Origin: Sphyrna mokarran
Lineage: Eukaryota
Reading direction: 5' to 3'
Assembly: GCA_024679065.1 (NCBI GenBank)
Contig: JAGIQG010000019.1
Span: 42,098,001 to 42,162,000, forward strand
Length of the DNA stretch: 64,000 nt
In this document: in pieces, positions 13,551 through 23,885 of the stretch
Layout: every line of letters begins with the position of its first letter
How positions within the stretch are numbered: position 1 is the first letter of the stretch
Program-made: the position numbers and the translations under genes
Notes under the pieces: generated by a model
Told to the model about the DNA's origin: nothing
The model's database searches: none
The model's input: only the letters and a program-made list of their open reading frames with translations

Positions 13551-13989
13551 TTGGCTAATCCATTAACCCATCCGATGCAGAAGTTCTTCTGATTGCTGTT
13601 TTTTCACAATGGAGGTGATCTAAAATGGATCACTGCCCGTCTTCAAACTATTGGCAGTCAGCAAATCAAGGCTTTCTTTCTGATGGTACATTTGTTTGAG
13701 GCTATTGAAGGAGCATAAGAATCTAGATAATATTGGATTGACTAGTAGAATAACTGTCAAAGACAGTGGCCTAGATTTTGGTGGGCCGACAGGGGTCTCA
13801 TCCAACTGTTGGAGAATCTGTGGTGAACCTCCATGAGTTCCATGGGAAGGCCCAATGGAGTCATTAAAGAGCCTAGTAGATATCTCTTGGTGGTTGCTAT
13901 GTATGTTGTTAGAGTGTTATGCCCTTTAAGAGAGTGGATTAGGTGCCCTGAAGTCATGAGCTCCATCTAGGGTGGAGCTTGGGAGATCA

Positions 13990-14933
13990 ATTTGACTTAC
14001 TGTCATATGTATTGGGATACAATGAAAAGTATTGATTCTTGCATGCCATGCAGACAAAGCATTCATGAAGTACATAGGGCAGAAGAAATAGCAGAGGGTG
14101 CAGAATATAATGTTACAATTACAGGTAAAGTGAAACAGAAAGATCAACTTAATATGTGACAGGTGCATTCAAAAGTAGCAGAGAAGAAGCTATTCGTGAG
14201 TTGGTTGGTACGTGTTTTCAGACTTTAGTGTCTTTTTTCTGCTGGAAGAAGGTGGAAGAGAGTATGTCTGGGCTGTGTGGGATCCTTAATTAGGCTGGCT
14301 GCTTTACTGAGGCAGCAGGAAGTGTAGACAAAGTCAGTGGATGGGAGGCTAGTTTGTGCAATGGACTGGGCTATGTTCACAACCCTTTGTAGTTTCTTGT
14401 GGTCTTGGTCAGAGCAGGGGCCGTACCAAGATAAGATACTTCCATGGTGCATCTGTAAAAATTGATTTATTTTTGTCACGTATTGAGATACAGTGAAAGA
14501 TATTGTTCCTTGTGCCGTATACAGACAAAACATTACCATCCATAGAGTACAAAAAGGAGAAGGAATAACAGAGGGTGCAGAATATAGTGTTACAGTCATA
14601 GGCTGTAGAGAAAGATCAGCTTACTATAAGGTAGGTCCAGCCAAAAGTCTGATGGCAGCAGGGAAGAAGCTGTAATTGAGTCAGTTGGTACATGATCTTA
14701 GACTTTTGTATCTTTTTCCCAAAGGAAAAAGGTGGAAGAGATGATGTCCAGGTGCGTGAGAGAGCAGACATGCTGCATTTCCTTAGCTTTCTGAGAAAGT
14801 AGAGGTGTTGTATGCTTTCTTAACAGTGATATTAGCATGGAGGGACCGGTTGTTGATGATCTGAACACCCAAAACTTGAAGCTCTCGACCATTTCCGTTT
14901 GAGATAGACAGGGGCCTGTCCTTCACTATGTTT
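13990..14933 (-). mobile_element. Two tandem Rex1/Rex-Babar non-LTR 3' fragments
   Basis: ORF 14225-14599(-) WYGPCSDQDHKKLQRVVNIAQSI...KAASLIKDPTQPRHTLFHLLP, typical Rex1 C-terminus; 3'UTR block repeated at ~13990-14225 and ~14465-14760. Confidence 0.8.
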
Positions 14934-15374
14934 CAAAGAACAAAGAACAAAACAGAATGGGAAACAGGCCCTTCGGTCCAACGAGCCCGCGCCGCCACCT
15001 CGATGTTCCCACTTCTACACGTGATCCCTGTCCATGTTTATAGATCTATGGATTAAAAACTAAATTTGAGACAATTTAGGGAGAATTTGTTTTGCCAATT
15101 AGCCTAAGAGCACATTTTTGGGATTTGGGAGGAAACCGGAGCTCCCAGAGAAAAACCACACAAGCACAGGGAGAATGCGCAAACTCCCACAGACACAGGC
15201 CCAAATCCATGTATCTGCCCAGCACAGCGAGAGTCACTGAGCTGTCGTGTTGCCCATCAAATGGTCCAGGTCAAGCATACACTAACGATGTGAAGCAGTA
15301 GGATACTCTCGAAAAAGGTCCAAGAGCGGTCCTCTCACGACCCATCGCGTGTATGCCCCTCGTTAGACAACAAG
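14934..15374 (-). mobile_element. Composite SINE-like element with structured 5' head, copy 1
   Basis: ttctttg tail, V-core, B-box-less tRNA remnant and ~115-nt hairpin head; collinear with 33014-33445 and 47109-47601. Confidence 0.85.
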
Positions 15375-15779
15375 ACTTTCCTTAAGTCTTGGACTGGGAA
15401 TCAGATTTGGATTGACTGCAACTGTTCAACAAACCGTTCTTTGTCTGAATTATACCAACCTACCTCATGGTCTTTTTTTAGTTTATAATTAGACCCTAAA
15501 CATAAAATGGTGACCTGAAACCCTGTATCAGCCCCTCCCCTCAACTTAATTGGAGGAGATTTGACTACCGCTGGGAGACTGACACAGGATCTCTCCCACA
15601 ATCATGTGGTTCCTACTGCCACGGTTTCCCAAAATCGGGCTGAATTTAATGCAGCACGTTACACACTACAACACGCTGCGTTAACTTGTTTAAATTTTAA
15701 TAATGTATGCACTGTACTTAAAATTAGCAATGCCACTTATAGGTTTTTTTTAGGCTGTCCACAAACAGCAACTTGCATA

Positions 15780-16105
15780 CAACATAGAACATTACAGCAC
15801 ACTACAAGCCCTTCGGCCCTCAATGTTGCACCAACCTGTGAAACCAATCTAAAGCCCATCTAACCTACACCATTCTAATATCATCCACATATTTATCCAA
15901 TGACCATTTAAATGTCTTTAATGTTTGCAAATCCACTACTGTTGCAGGCAGGACATTCCATGCCCTTCCTACTCTCTGAGTAAAGAACCTACCTCTGATA
16001 TCTGCCCTATATCTATCACCCCTCAATTTAAAGCTATGTCCTCTCGTGTTAGCCATCTCCATCCGAGAGAAAAAGATTCATGCTATCCACCCAATCTAAC
16101 CCTCA
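15780..16105 (-). mobile_element. CR1 LINE 3' end
   Basis: ORF 15865-16062(-) TRGHSFKLRGDRYRADIRGRFFTQRVGRAWNVLP. Confidence 0.88.
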
Positions 16106-16204
16106 GGAATCTAATTTGAAGGAAGAAAGCTGAATAACTTTGTTTGCAGCAACCTTGGTCATTGTAGAATTGCACCAAACCTGTTTGTTTTGCTCTCTTT
16201 AAAG

Positions 16205-16283
16205 GAGGGGCATGCAGGCACCATAGCGACTCTGCTAACATTAGGAGCTGACGTACATGCAACAGATGCCAAAGGTCGCTCTG
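16205..16283 (+). CDS. ANKRD16: ANKRD16 coding exon 6
   Basis: ctctttaaag|GAG GGG CAT...CGC TCT G|gtaagt = EGHAGTIATLLTLGADVHATDAKGRS. Confidence 0.92.
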
Positions 16284-16364
16284 GTAAGTTCTTTATCTTA
16301 ACTTACTCAAGGAGCTAAGAGCAATGATTACCAGACACTGCCATGGCTGAAAGAAAAAGGGTTA

Positions 16365-16685
16365 AGACCATAAGATAATGGAGCAAAATTAGACCATCAA
16401 GTCTGCTCTGCCATTCAATCATGGCTGATAAGTTTCTCATTCCCATTCTCTCACCTTTTCACTTAACCTTTGATCCCCTTACCTGTCAAGAATCTATCTA
16501 TTTCTGCCTTAAATGACTTGGCTTCCATAGTCTTCAGTGGCAATGAATTCCACCAATTCATCTTTTGACTGAAGAAATTCTTCCTCAGTTCTAAAGGGTT
16601 ATCCCTTTTACTCTGAGGCTGTGTCCTCGGAACCTTGTCTCTCCTACTAATGCAAACATCTTCCCCATGTCCATCCTGTCCAGAG
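16365..16685 (-). mobile_element. CR1 LINE 3' end
   Basis: LRKNFFSQK...WNSLP...FKAEIDRFL in ORF 16463-16720(-). Confidence 0.85.
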
Positions 16686-18279
16686 TCACTCACATTGGCT
16701 TCCATGCCCCTCTTTTGCAATTACATCCGCATCCAGGTGTACTGGAGAAGCAGCAGGCAGCGTCTGTCTGTGCCCTTGAATCCTTATGCCACTGATGGCT
16801 AGCAACGGGACTAAAATGCATTGCTGATACAGAAATATTCTGCTTTGATAAGTTTTCTTTGTCACTGTTATAATTTGGAGTTTATTTTTGCTGCTTTAAA
16901 AATGGGGCGCTTCTGCTCCATTAATTATGGTGGATCTAAGCAATCCCAATCACCAATCAAGAGGTAATCCTGGATTTCATCTCACTTTCTTTTCCTTGAA
17001 AAGACAAGGCTGCCTCACAGCTGTGTAGATAAAGGGGAGTCTGGATTTCCCTCGCAGCCCAAAGATGTACGGAGTAGGTTGATTGGCCATGCTTAAATGC
17101 CCCTGTTTCACAGGAATTAGCAGGGTAAATATGTGGGGTTACAGGGATAGGATCTGGATGGAACTAATGTCGGTGCAGACTCGATGGGCCAAGTGGCTCT
17201 TTCTGCACTATAGGAATTCTATTCTATAACAGATAAGTGGAATTACCATCCAGCCTTCCAACTGCACTCTGACCCATCTTTCTGAATGGGGCTTCATTCC
17301 TCCCTGCGAGCAAAGGAAATGGTGTAATGAAGACACCAGAAGACCCCAACCCATGGATGCAAGAAACAGAAAAGTTTCCAAAAGTAATGTAGCTTTTGTA
17401 AGCCTCAGCTGACCAAGGGAACTATATAGGCCTTATTCAGAGGTACAGGAAGCCTCAACTAGGCCATCTCCAATCCATCAGTAGGCTCTGTTGACATTTT
17501 TGTGCAATTGCAATGATAAATTAAGTACCTGAAAAAAAAATTGCACTTTTCCCTTCTTGTTGACATTTCTTGGGGCAACTTACATTTTTTGCATGAGAGG
17601 ATAGGCACATTTCCAATTGGCTTTCTGCATGAGCAACTCCTGACACAGCCACATTTTCCCCGTGTCTGCGTAGGTTTCCTCCGGGTGCTCCATGTCTTGC
17701 CGCAGTCTGAAAGATTTGCAGGTTAGGTGCTAAATTCTCCCTCTGTGTACCAAACAGGCGTGGCAACTAGGGGATTTTCACTGTAGCTTCATTGCAGTAT
17801 TAATGTAAACACAGTTTGACACTAATAAATAAACTTTAAACTTTGGAGAAAAAGAAAGCAGGAGAAGTCTGGGGTAATGAAAAGGGAAGGCTGTTTTGGA
17901 TTTGGTGCATTATATCACAGATTCAGGTTCTCCCGCACTTCTTCAAATTGTGAATTCTAACACTGACACATTCACCAGAGAGTGGGGTGATATTTGAGCA
18001 GAATTATGATCATACCCCACGGTGACACTAAACTCTCCTGTGCAAAAATGACTGCTCTAAAAGTGCCATGAGCATTCATTCTCAAGAGCACCTGGTAATT
18101 TTTATGACTTGTAAAATGAACACTTGAGAAAAGAATTGAAGTGAGAAACGACATGAAAAGGTTCTAAAAATACAAGAAAATTAAAATGTGAACAGAAAAA
18201 GAGGAAGGAAATGGGTAGAAACAAAAGTAGCATTTAGATTTGTACTTGCAGTGTGGCTTTTAAAATATGTTTCTTGAAC

Positions 18280-18772
18280 ACAGTGTTAGCACACCCACCT
18301 CAGAATTCAGTAGTTGTGGATTCCAGCCCCAATCCAGAGACTTGGGCAGAATGTCTCGAAATTCCATCTTTTAAATGAGATGGTAAACCCTGCCTGCCCG
18401 CTCAGATAGACACAGGCAGGAATTTTCCAGACATTCACGTCTCGCCCCAGCTGCAAACGAGGATGAGGAATTTGGCGTTCAGATAACTATCTGCTCACTG
18501 ACTAGAGAATTCCGCTGGTGAGAAATGTCTGGAAAATTCTGACCCAAATCTCCCAATGGGACTGTTTGAAAAGGAACAGCAGAGTTTCTTCCCAATGCTC
18601 CAGCTAATGTGTATCCCTCAAGCGACACCATTAAAGTGGATTGTGCATGTCAGTGGCAGCTTTCTCTACCCAAATTCTTGGCAGTATTGCACTTGAAAAA
18701 GGTACTTCATTGTCTGAAAGTGCTTTGGGATGTGCTGCGGTTGTCCACAGTGCTATATAAGTTCTTTCTTTT
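18280..18772 (+). mobile_element. Deu-domain-like SINE, interrupted by a MITE
   Basis: Head gttgtggattccagccccaatccagagacttg, body tttaaatgagatggtaaacc, tail ctttgggatgtgctgcggttg...gctatataagttctttctttt. Confidence 0.7.
18415..18544. mobile_element. MITE-like element with terminal inverted repeats
   Basis: gaattttccagacatt (18420-18435) and aatgtctggaaaattc (18524-18539) are exact reverse complements. Confidence 0.75.
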
Positions 18773-18776
18773 CCAG

Positions 18777-18937
18777 CTTTGCACATGGCCTGTGCAGGCC
18801 AGCATATCAAATGCATAAAGCAGCTCATTGCTGCTGGATTAACTGATTCTACAGATGCCAGTGGAACACGAGCGAGCCAACTCCTCAAGAAACCCGAAGC
18901 ACTCAAGATTCTGAATGACATTACAGACTGTGAATAA
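18777..18937 (+). CDS. ANKRD16: ANKRD16 last coding exon (7) with stop codon
   Basis: ttctttcttttccag|CT TTG CAC ATG GCC...GAA TAA = (A)LHMACAGQHIKCIKQLIAAGLTDSTDASGTRASQLLKKPEALKILNDITDCE*. Confidence 0.93.
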
Positions 18938-19884
18938 AAGTTACTTCTTCAGCTCTATCTGCAGTAACTTTCTTTCTAGTTTTTGATGTGTGACATTCTG
19001 ATGGTACGCGGTCCTGCCTGCTCCATCCCTCCACCAATTCTGCGGCTTGTTTGCCAGTTTTCTGCCTCTGAACTAAGAAATTGGCCATTTGGTTTTATTC
19101 TCCCATTTGTGGAGCTCCGTTAAGTGTAAATTAACACTCCATTTAAACATGACACCACACTGGGTGGGTGGAACTGGTAAATTCACCCATCACTATCCCA
19201 ATTAAAGGAATGGTAACATACTGGTTATGGTACTAGTCTAGTGACATGGATTAGTAATACAAAGGCCTGGCTTTGTGACCGATGGTCATGAGCTCAAATC
19301 CATTCAACAACAGCTGAGTTAAATTCGGTTACATACCTCTAGAACAAAAACCTACTGTCAGTAGTGGTAACCAAAAAGCATCACATTGTCATGAAAACTC
19401 ACACACAAGAGACCCTTTGGCCATCATTGCCAACTATCATACTTTTGCTTCCCCTTATTTGGAAGGATACACTGATAGGGTTAGGCGAAGGGAGACTCAC
19501 GTGGAGCATAAATGCCAGCATGGACCAGTTGGGTGGAATGGCCTGTTCCTGCATTGTAAATTCCGTGCAACATTTTCTGTTAAGTTTGACATTTAAAGTA
19601 AAATGGAACAGTATTAAATATGTTTCCTATGGCATACACAAAATAACACACTGTTTTAAAAAATGTGGGAGTGTTTTTTTTAAAATCCATTCACAAATGC
19701 TGGTTTTGTTAGGATAGCCAGTATTAATTGCCCATCCCTAACTGCCCTCAACTGAGTGGCTTGCTAAACCTAATTCCATTTTCCAGCACTTGATTTGTAG
19801 CCTTATATAGTTTACTATGGTTTGCTAATACCCATTAGGGATGGAAATCTGCCATCCTTACCTGATCTGGCCTACATGTGATTA

Positions 19885-20362
19885 TATGGAAATTCCGGCA
19901 TTGAACTGGAGTAAACACAGTAAGATGTCTCACAACACCAGGTTAAAGTCCAACAGGTTTATTTGGTAGCTAAAGCCACTAGCTTTTGGACCGCTGGCTG
20001 CCCCTTCATCAGGTGAGTGGGAGTTCTAATCACAAACAGGACATATAAAGATACAAACTCAATTTACAGAATAATGATTGGAATGCAAGTCTTTACAGCT
20101 AATCAAGTCTTAAAGGTACAGACAATGTGAGCGGAGAGAGCGTTAAATACAAATTAAAGAGATGTGTACTGTCTCCAGACAGGCCAGTTAGTGAGATTTT
20201 GCAAGTCCAGGAAAGTTGTGGAGGTTACAAATAGTGCGACCTGAACCCAAGATCCCACTGAGGCTGTCCTCGTGTGCAGAACTTGGCTATCAGTCTCTGC
20301 TCAGCGACTCTGTACTATCATGTGTTGTGAAGGCTGCCTTGGAGAATGCTTACCAGAAGATC
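19885..20362 (-). mobile_element. Penelope-like element 3' end (endonuclease tail + pseudo-LTR)
   Basis: Minus strand EQRLIAKF motif, then repeat containing cac-ctgatga...aaaagctagtg and aataaacctgttggactttaacctggtgttg. Confidence 0.85.
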
Positions 20363-20364
20363 TA

Positions 20365-20688
20365 TGTCCCTCTGCAAACTGTAACATCCATCTTCACTGT
20401 CTACAACTCCTCCGACTTTGGTGTCATCAGCAAATTTACTAATCCATCCTTCTACACCTTCATGTAGGTCATTTACAAAAATGACAAAAGCAGTGGCCCC
20501 AAAACAGATCCCTGAGGTACACCACTTGTAACTGAACTCCAGGTTGAATATTTCCCATCAACCACCACCCTCTGTCTTCTATCAGCTTGCCAATTCCTGA
20601 TCCAAACTGTTAAATCACCCTCAATCCCATGCATCTGCATTTTTTGCAGTAGCCTACCATGGGGAACCTTATCAAACACTTTACTAAA
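20365..20688 (-). mobile_element. CR1 RT fragment
   Basis: ORF 20473-20679(-) FDKVPHGRLL...HGIEG...GVPQGSVLGPLL. Confidence 0.92.
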
Positions 20689-20689
20689 G

Positions 20690-21665
20690 TTGCAAGAGTA
20701 TGTACTATGTACCTGTGAATGGTATTCTCACGTGTGATAATGTCATCCATGTTGGTGATCCAGCATGTCTTGCAGAGATTGCTGTGGGAGGGTTGTGTGG
20801 TATTGTGGTCACTGTTCTCCTGAAGGCTGGGTAGTTTGCTGCAAACAACGGTCTGTTTGAGGTTGCGCGGTTGTCTGAAGACAAGAAGTGGGGGTGTGGA
20901 GATGGCCCTGGTGAGATGTTCATCTTCATCAATGATATGTTGAAGACTCCGGAGAAGATGTCGTAGCTTCTCTGCTCGGGGAAGTACTGGACAACAATGT
21001 ACTGCAACTCGGCCAACATTGTCTACCTAATACGTTGCAAGAAAGGATGTCCCGAAGCATGGTACATTGGGGAGACCATGCAGACATGATGACAGTGGAT
21101 GAATGAACATCGCTCGACAATCACCAGGCAAAACTGTTCCGTTCCTGTTGGTGAACACTTCAGCGGTCACGGGCATTCGGCCTTCGACCTTTGAGTAAAA
21201 GTTCTTCAAGGGGGCCTTCATGACACACGTCAGCGCAGAGCCGCTGAGCAGAGACTGATAGCCAAGTTCCACACACGAGGACGGTCTTAACAGGGATCTT
21301 GGCTTCATGTCACACTATCTGTAACCCCCATGACTTGCCTGGGTTAGCAAAAAATCTCACTGTGCTGTCTGGAGACGATACACATCTCTTTAACCTGTGC
21401 TCAGTGCTCCTTCTACTCACATTGTTAGCCACTTTAAGACTTAAATAGCTGGTTAGTTGTAAAGATTCGCATTCTAATCAGTAATCTATAAAAAGTCTGT
21501 GCTGTTATGTGTGCTGTTGGAGACAGAACACCTCATACACCTGATGAAGACCATAGGGTTGAAAGCTTGTGAGTTTACTATCAAATAAATTGGTTGGATT
21601 TAAACCTGATGTTGTCAGACTTCTTACTGTGTTTACCCCAGCCCACACCAGCATCCCTACATCAT
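20690..21665 (+). mobile_element. Penelope-like element with decayed GIY-YIG endonuclease, 5'-inverted segment and pseudo-LTR
   Basis: From 21003(+): CNSANIVYLIRCKKGCPEAWYIGETMQT**QWMNEHR...VGEHFSGHGH...EQRLIAKF (VYL...YIG = GIY-YIG). 20690-21000 is the upstream ORF part on the minus strand. Confidence 0.9.
21538..21571 (+). ncRNA. Minimal type I hammerhead ribozyme motif in Penelope pseudo-LTR
   Basis: CAC-CTGATGA-A-GACC atag GGTT-GAAA-GC-TT-GTG: both core boxes intact, stem I CAC/GTG, palindromic AGCT in place of stem III. Confidence 0.72.
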
Positions 21666-23035
21666 TAATTTACCAAGACCAGTAGCTTCCTATTACCTCA
21701 TGTACTTTCGTATAAGATTATGAGGTATGCTTTTGAGGGGGGTGGGGTTCCAAAATCACACAGAGGAAAAAATCACCTCCACGTTGTAACAAAATGTACC
21801 GTCAAACATTTGCAAATCGACAATTTCCAAAAGGGTCTAAAACTCCAGGACATTGCATTAGGTCCAGATCAAAAATGAACAATAACAGATACCAACACAA
21901 GCATCATGGCAACAATACAAAAAAAGACAAACCTGCCTAAAGAAATTGCAAAGAGACGTGCTTGAAATACTTTTCTTAAAGGCACAGTACTGTCACACAA
22001 AAAGGAGATATTAGGGCAGGGGAACAATGCCAGATCCAAAGCTATGTCTGAAAGGATGAGAGAGTTGGCAAGTCAAAGATTTGGAAAAGGAATTCCAGGA
22101 CTTTATCCTTAGCAACACACAAATTCTTTTACTGCAGGCAAAAAGAAAATTACCTGGAGAGAATTGAAAAACAGGATAATTTGTACCATGTGAAAACACA
22201 TTTGTAATGCAATCTAAATAACTAAATGATTGGGAAAAAAAACTTTCCACCATCAGATAACCATGCTTTTGGCAGGAACCTCCACTTGTATAAAAGCAGT
22301 GAGTAGGCAGTTTGCACAAATCCTTTCCTGCCTTTGTTGACAACACCAGTAGCTGTTGCCTCAGTGCCTTTTGCTTCTTGTGAGAGGCACGCTGACAAGT
22401 TCTAATCATTTGCTGCATCAACACAACCACAAATGTTTTACACGAATGCAGTCAGGATTCTGACCCATGTAACTCAAGAATTTTCTCTGTGTGCTGTTGC
22501 CATGCATCTTTAAGATGGCGTTCCTCTACTGGTCACTTTAATAAAACTATTAACCAGGTTAAATTCAACAGTTTAACAGGCTGCCAAAATAGTAAATAGG
22601 AAAGTCCCATCCAAACTAATCAGTATTTATTTTATATTCATTCTTAGGATGTGGACATTGCTGCAGCATTTGTTGTCAATCCAAATTGCCCTTGAAAAAC
22701 CACTGGTGAGCCAGCACCTTGAATCATTGTAATCCATCAGGTGTAGACACACTTACTGTGCTCTTTACAAGGGGGTTCCAGGATCCACTTTTTAACTCTG
22801 GAATTCCCCACTGTTCCATCTCTTTTGTTTTCTTTGCTGAGGGAATGTCCTTAGAGTTTTGTATCTTATGTGGGGTCCATGATGTGAAAAATTCATATAA
22901 GCAGCATTGAGTCTGATATTTCATCAAAATCCATTTCCCAAAAGCAAAATTCTGCTTTACTTTGCACACTGTGTTTGGTTTCTGGAAACATACCAGAGAA
23001 GTGAGATATAAAATTCTATTTGTTTGAAATTTTGT

Positions 23036-23430
23036 TTAAAAAAAGAGACTTTTGCTGAAGCTTTTCATCTTGCACTCATCAGGACAATTCACAAGAATAC
23101 CAAATGTAAAGGGGACAACAATTTTTAGAAGTTGATGCTGATTGGTTGGCCAATGGATTCTGATTACTAGAGGCATTGTCATGGAATATGCACCAGTTGA
23201 TGATGACTGACAGTTAACTACAAAGCATTGTTTGAAATTTGAACAGGCAGCTTCATTCTGATTGTTCAATGCATTGCCCTGAAGATTGAACTAGCAAATG
23301 GCTGTCACTTTTTTTTAGCTGAAACAGGCGCAATGTGCATACCTGTTTTTTTTTGTCTGCAAAGAACAGGGTCCTGTGTACTAATAAACATAGCTTCCTG
23401 TACATGCAAATGCACCACAATGTGAGTCCA
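23036..23430 (-). mobile_element. Probable Penelope-like pseudo-LTR of another family, with hammerhead core at 23054-23085
   Basis: Reverse complement gtc-CTGATGA-gtgcaagat-GAAA-agcttc with palindromic AAGCTT. Confidence 0.55.
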
Positions 23431-23431
23431 A

Positions 23432-23757
23432 CAGGTGATATGGTGGTTAGCATTGCTGCCTCACAGCTCCAGGGACCCGGGTTCAATTCCTGGCTTTGGT
23501 GTCTGTCTGTGTGGAGTTTGCACTTTCTCCCTATGTCTGTATGGGTTTCCACCAGGTGCTCCAGTTTTCTCCCATAGTTCAAAAAAATGCAGGTTAGATT
23601 GATTGGCCATGCTAAATTTCCCTTTAGTATTAGGAGATTAAGGGGGATCAGTGGGGTAAATATGTAGGGTTATGTATCCTGGACCTGAGTTGGCATTGTT
23701 GTTAGTGCAGACTTGATGGGCCAAACGACCTCATTTTACACTGTAGGAATTGTATAA
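23432..23757 (+). mobile_element. HE1/V-SINE-like SINE
   Basis: gtggttagcattgctgcctcacagc...gggttcaattcc...gtggagtttgcac core. Confidence 0.88.
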
Positions 23758-23769
23758 CTGACCCTATAT

Positions 23770-23885
23770 AGTCTGACGAAGTTCGAATGAAGGGTCATCC
23801 AGACTCGAAACGTTGGTTCTATTCTCTCACCACAGACACTTCAGACCTGCTGAGTTTTTCCAGCATTTTCTGTTTTTGTTTCAAA
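23770..23885 (+). mobile_element. Short Penelope-derived repeat with hammerhead-like core
   Basis: ctgacgaa...gggtcatccagactc-GAAA-cgtt, followed by cagacctgctgagtttttccagcattttctg. Confidence 0.65.

Noticed and set aside
15190-15262. HDV-like ribozyme suggested by TGGGCAACA...GCAGA on the minus strand of the composite element
   Set aside because: I could not build P1, P2 and P3. The segment aligns better with the degenerate tRNA-derived SINE head (gggcggcacggtggcacagtgg...).
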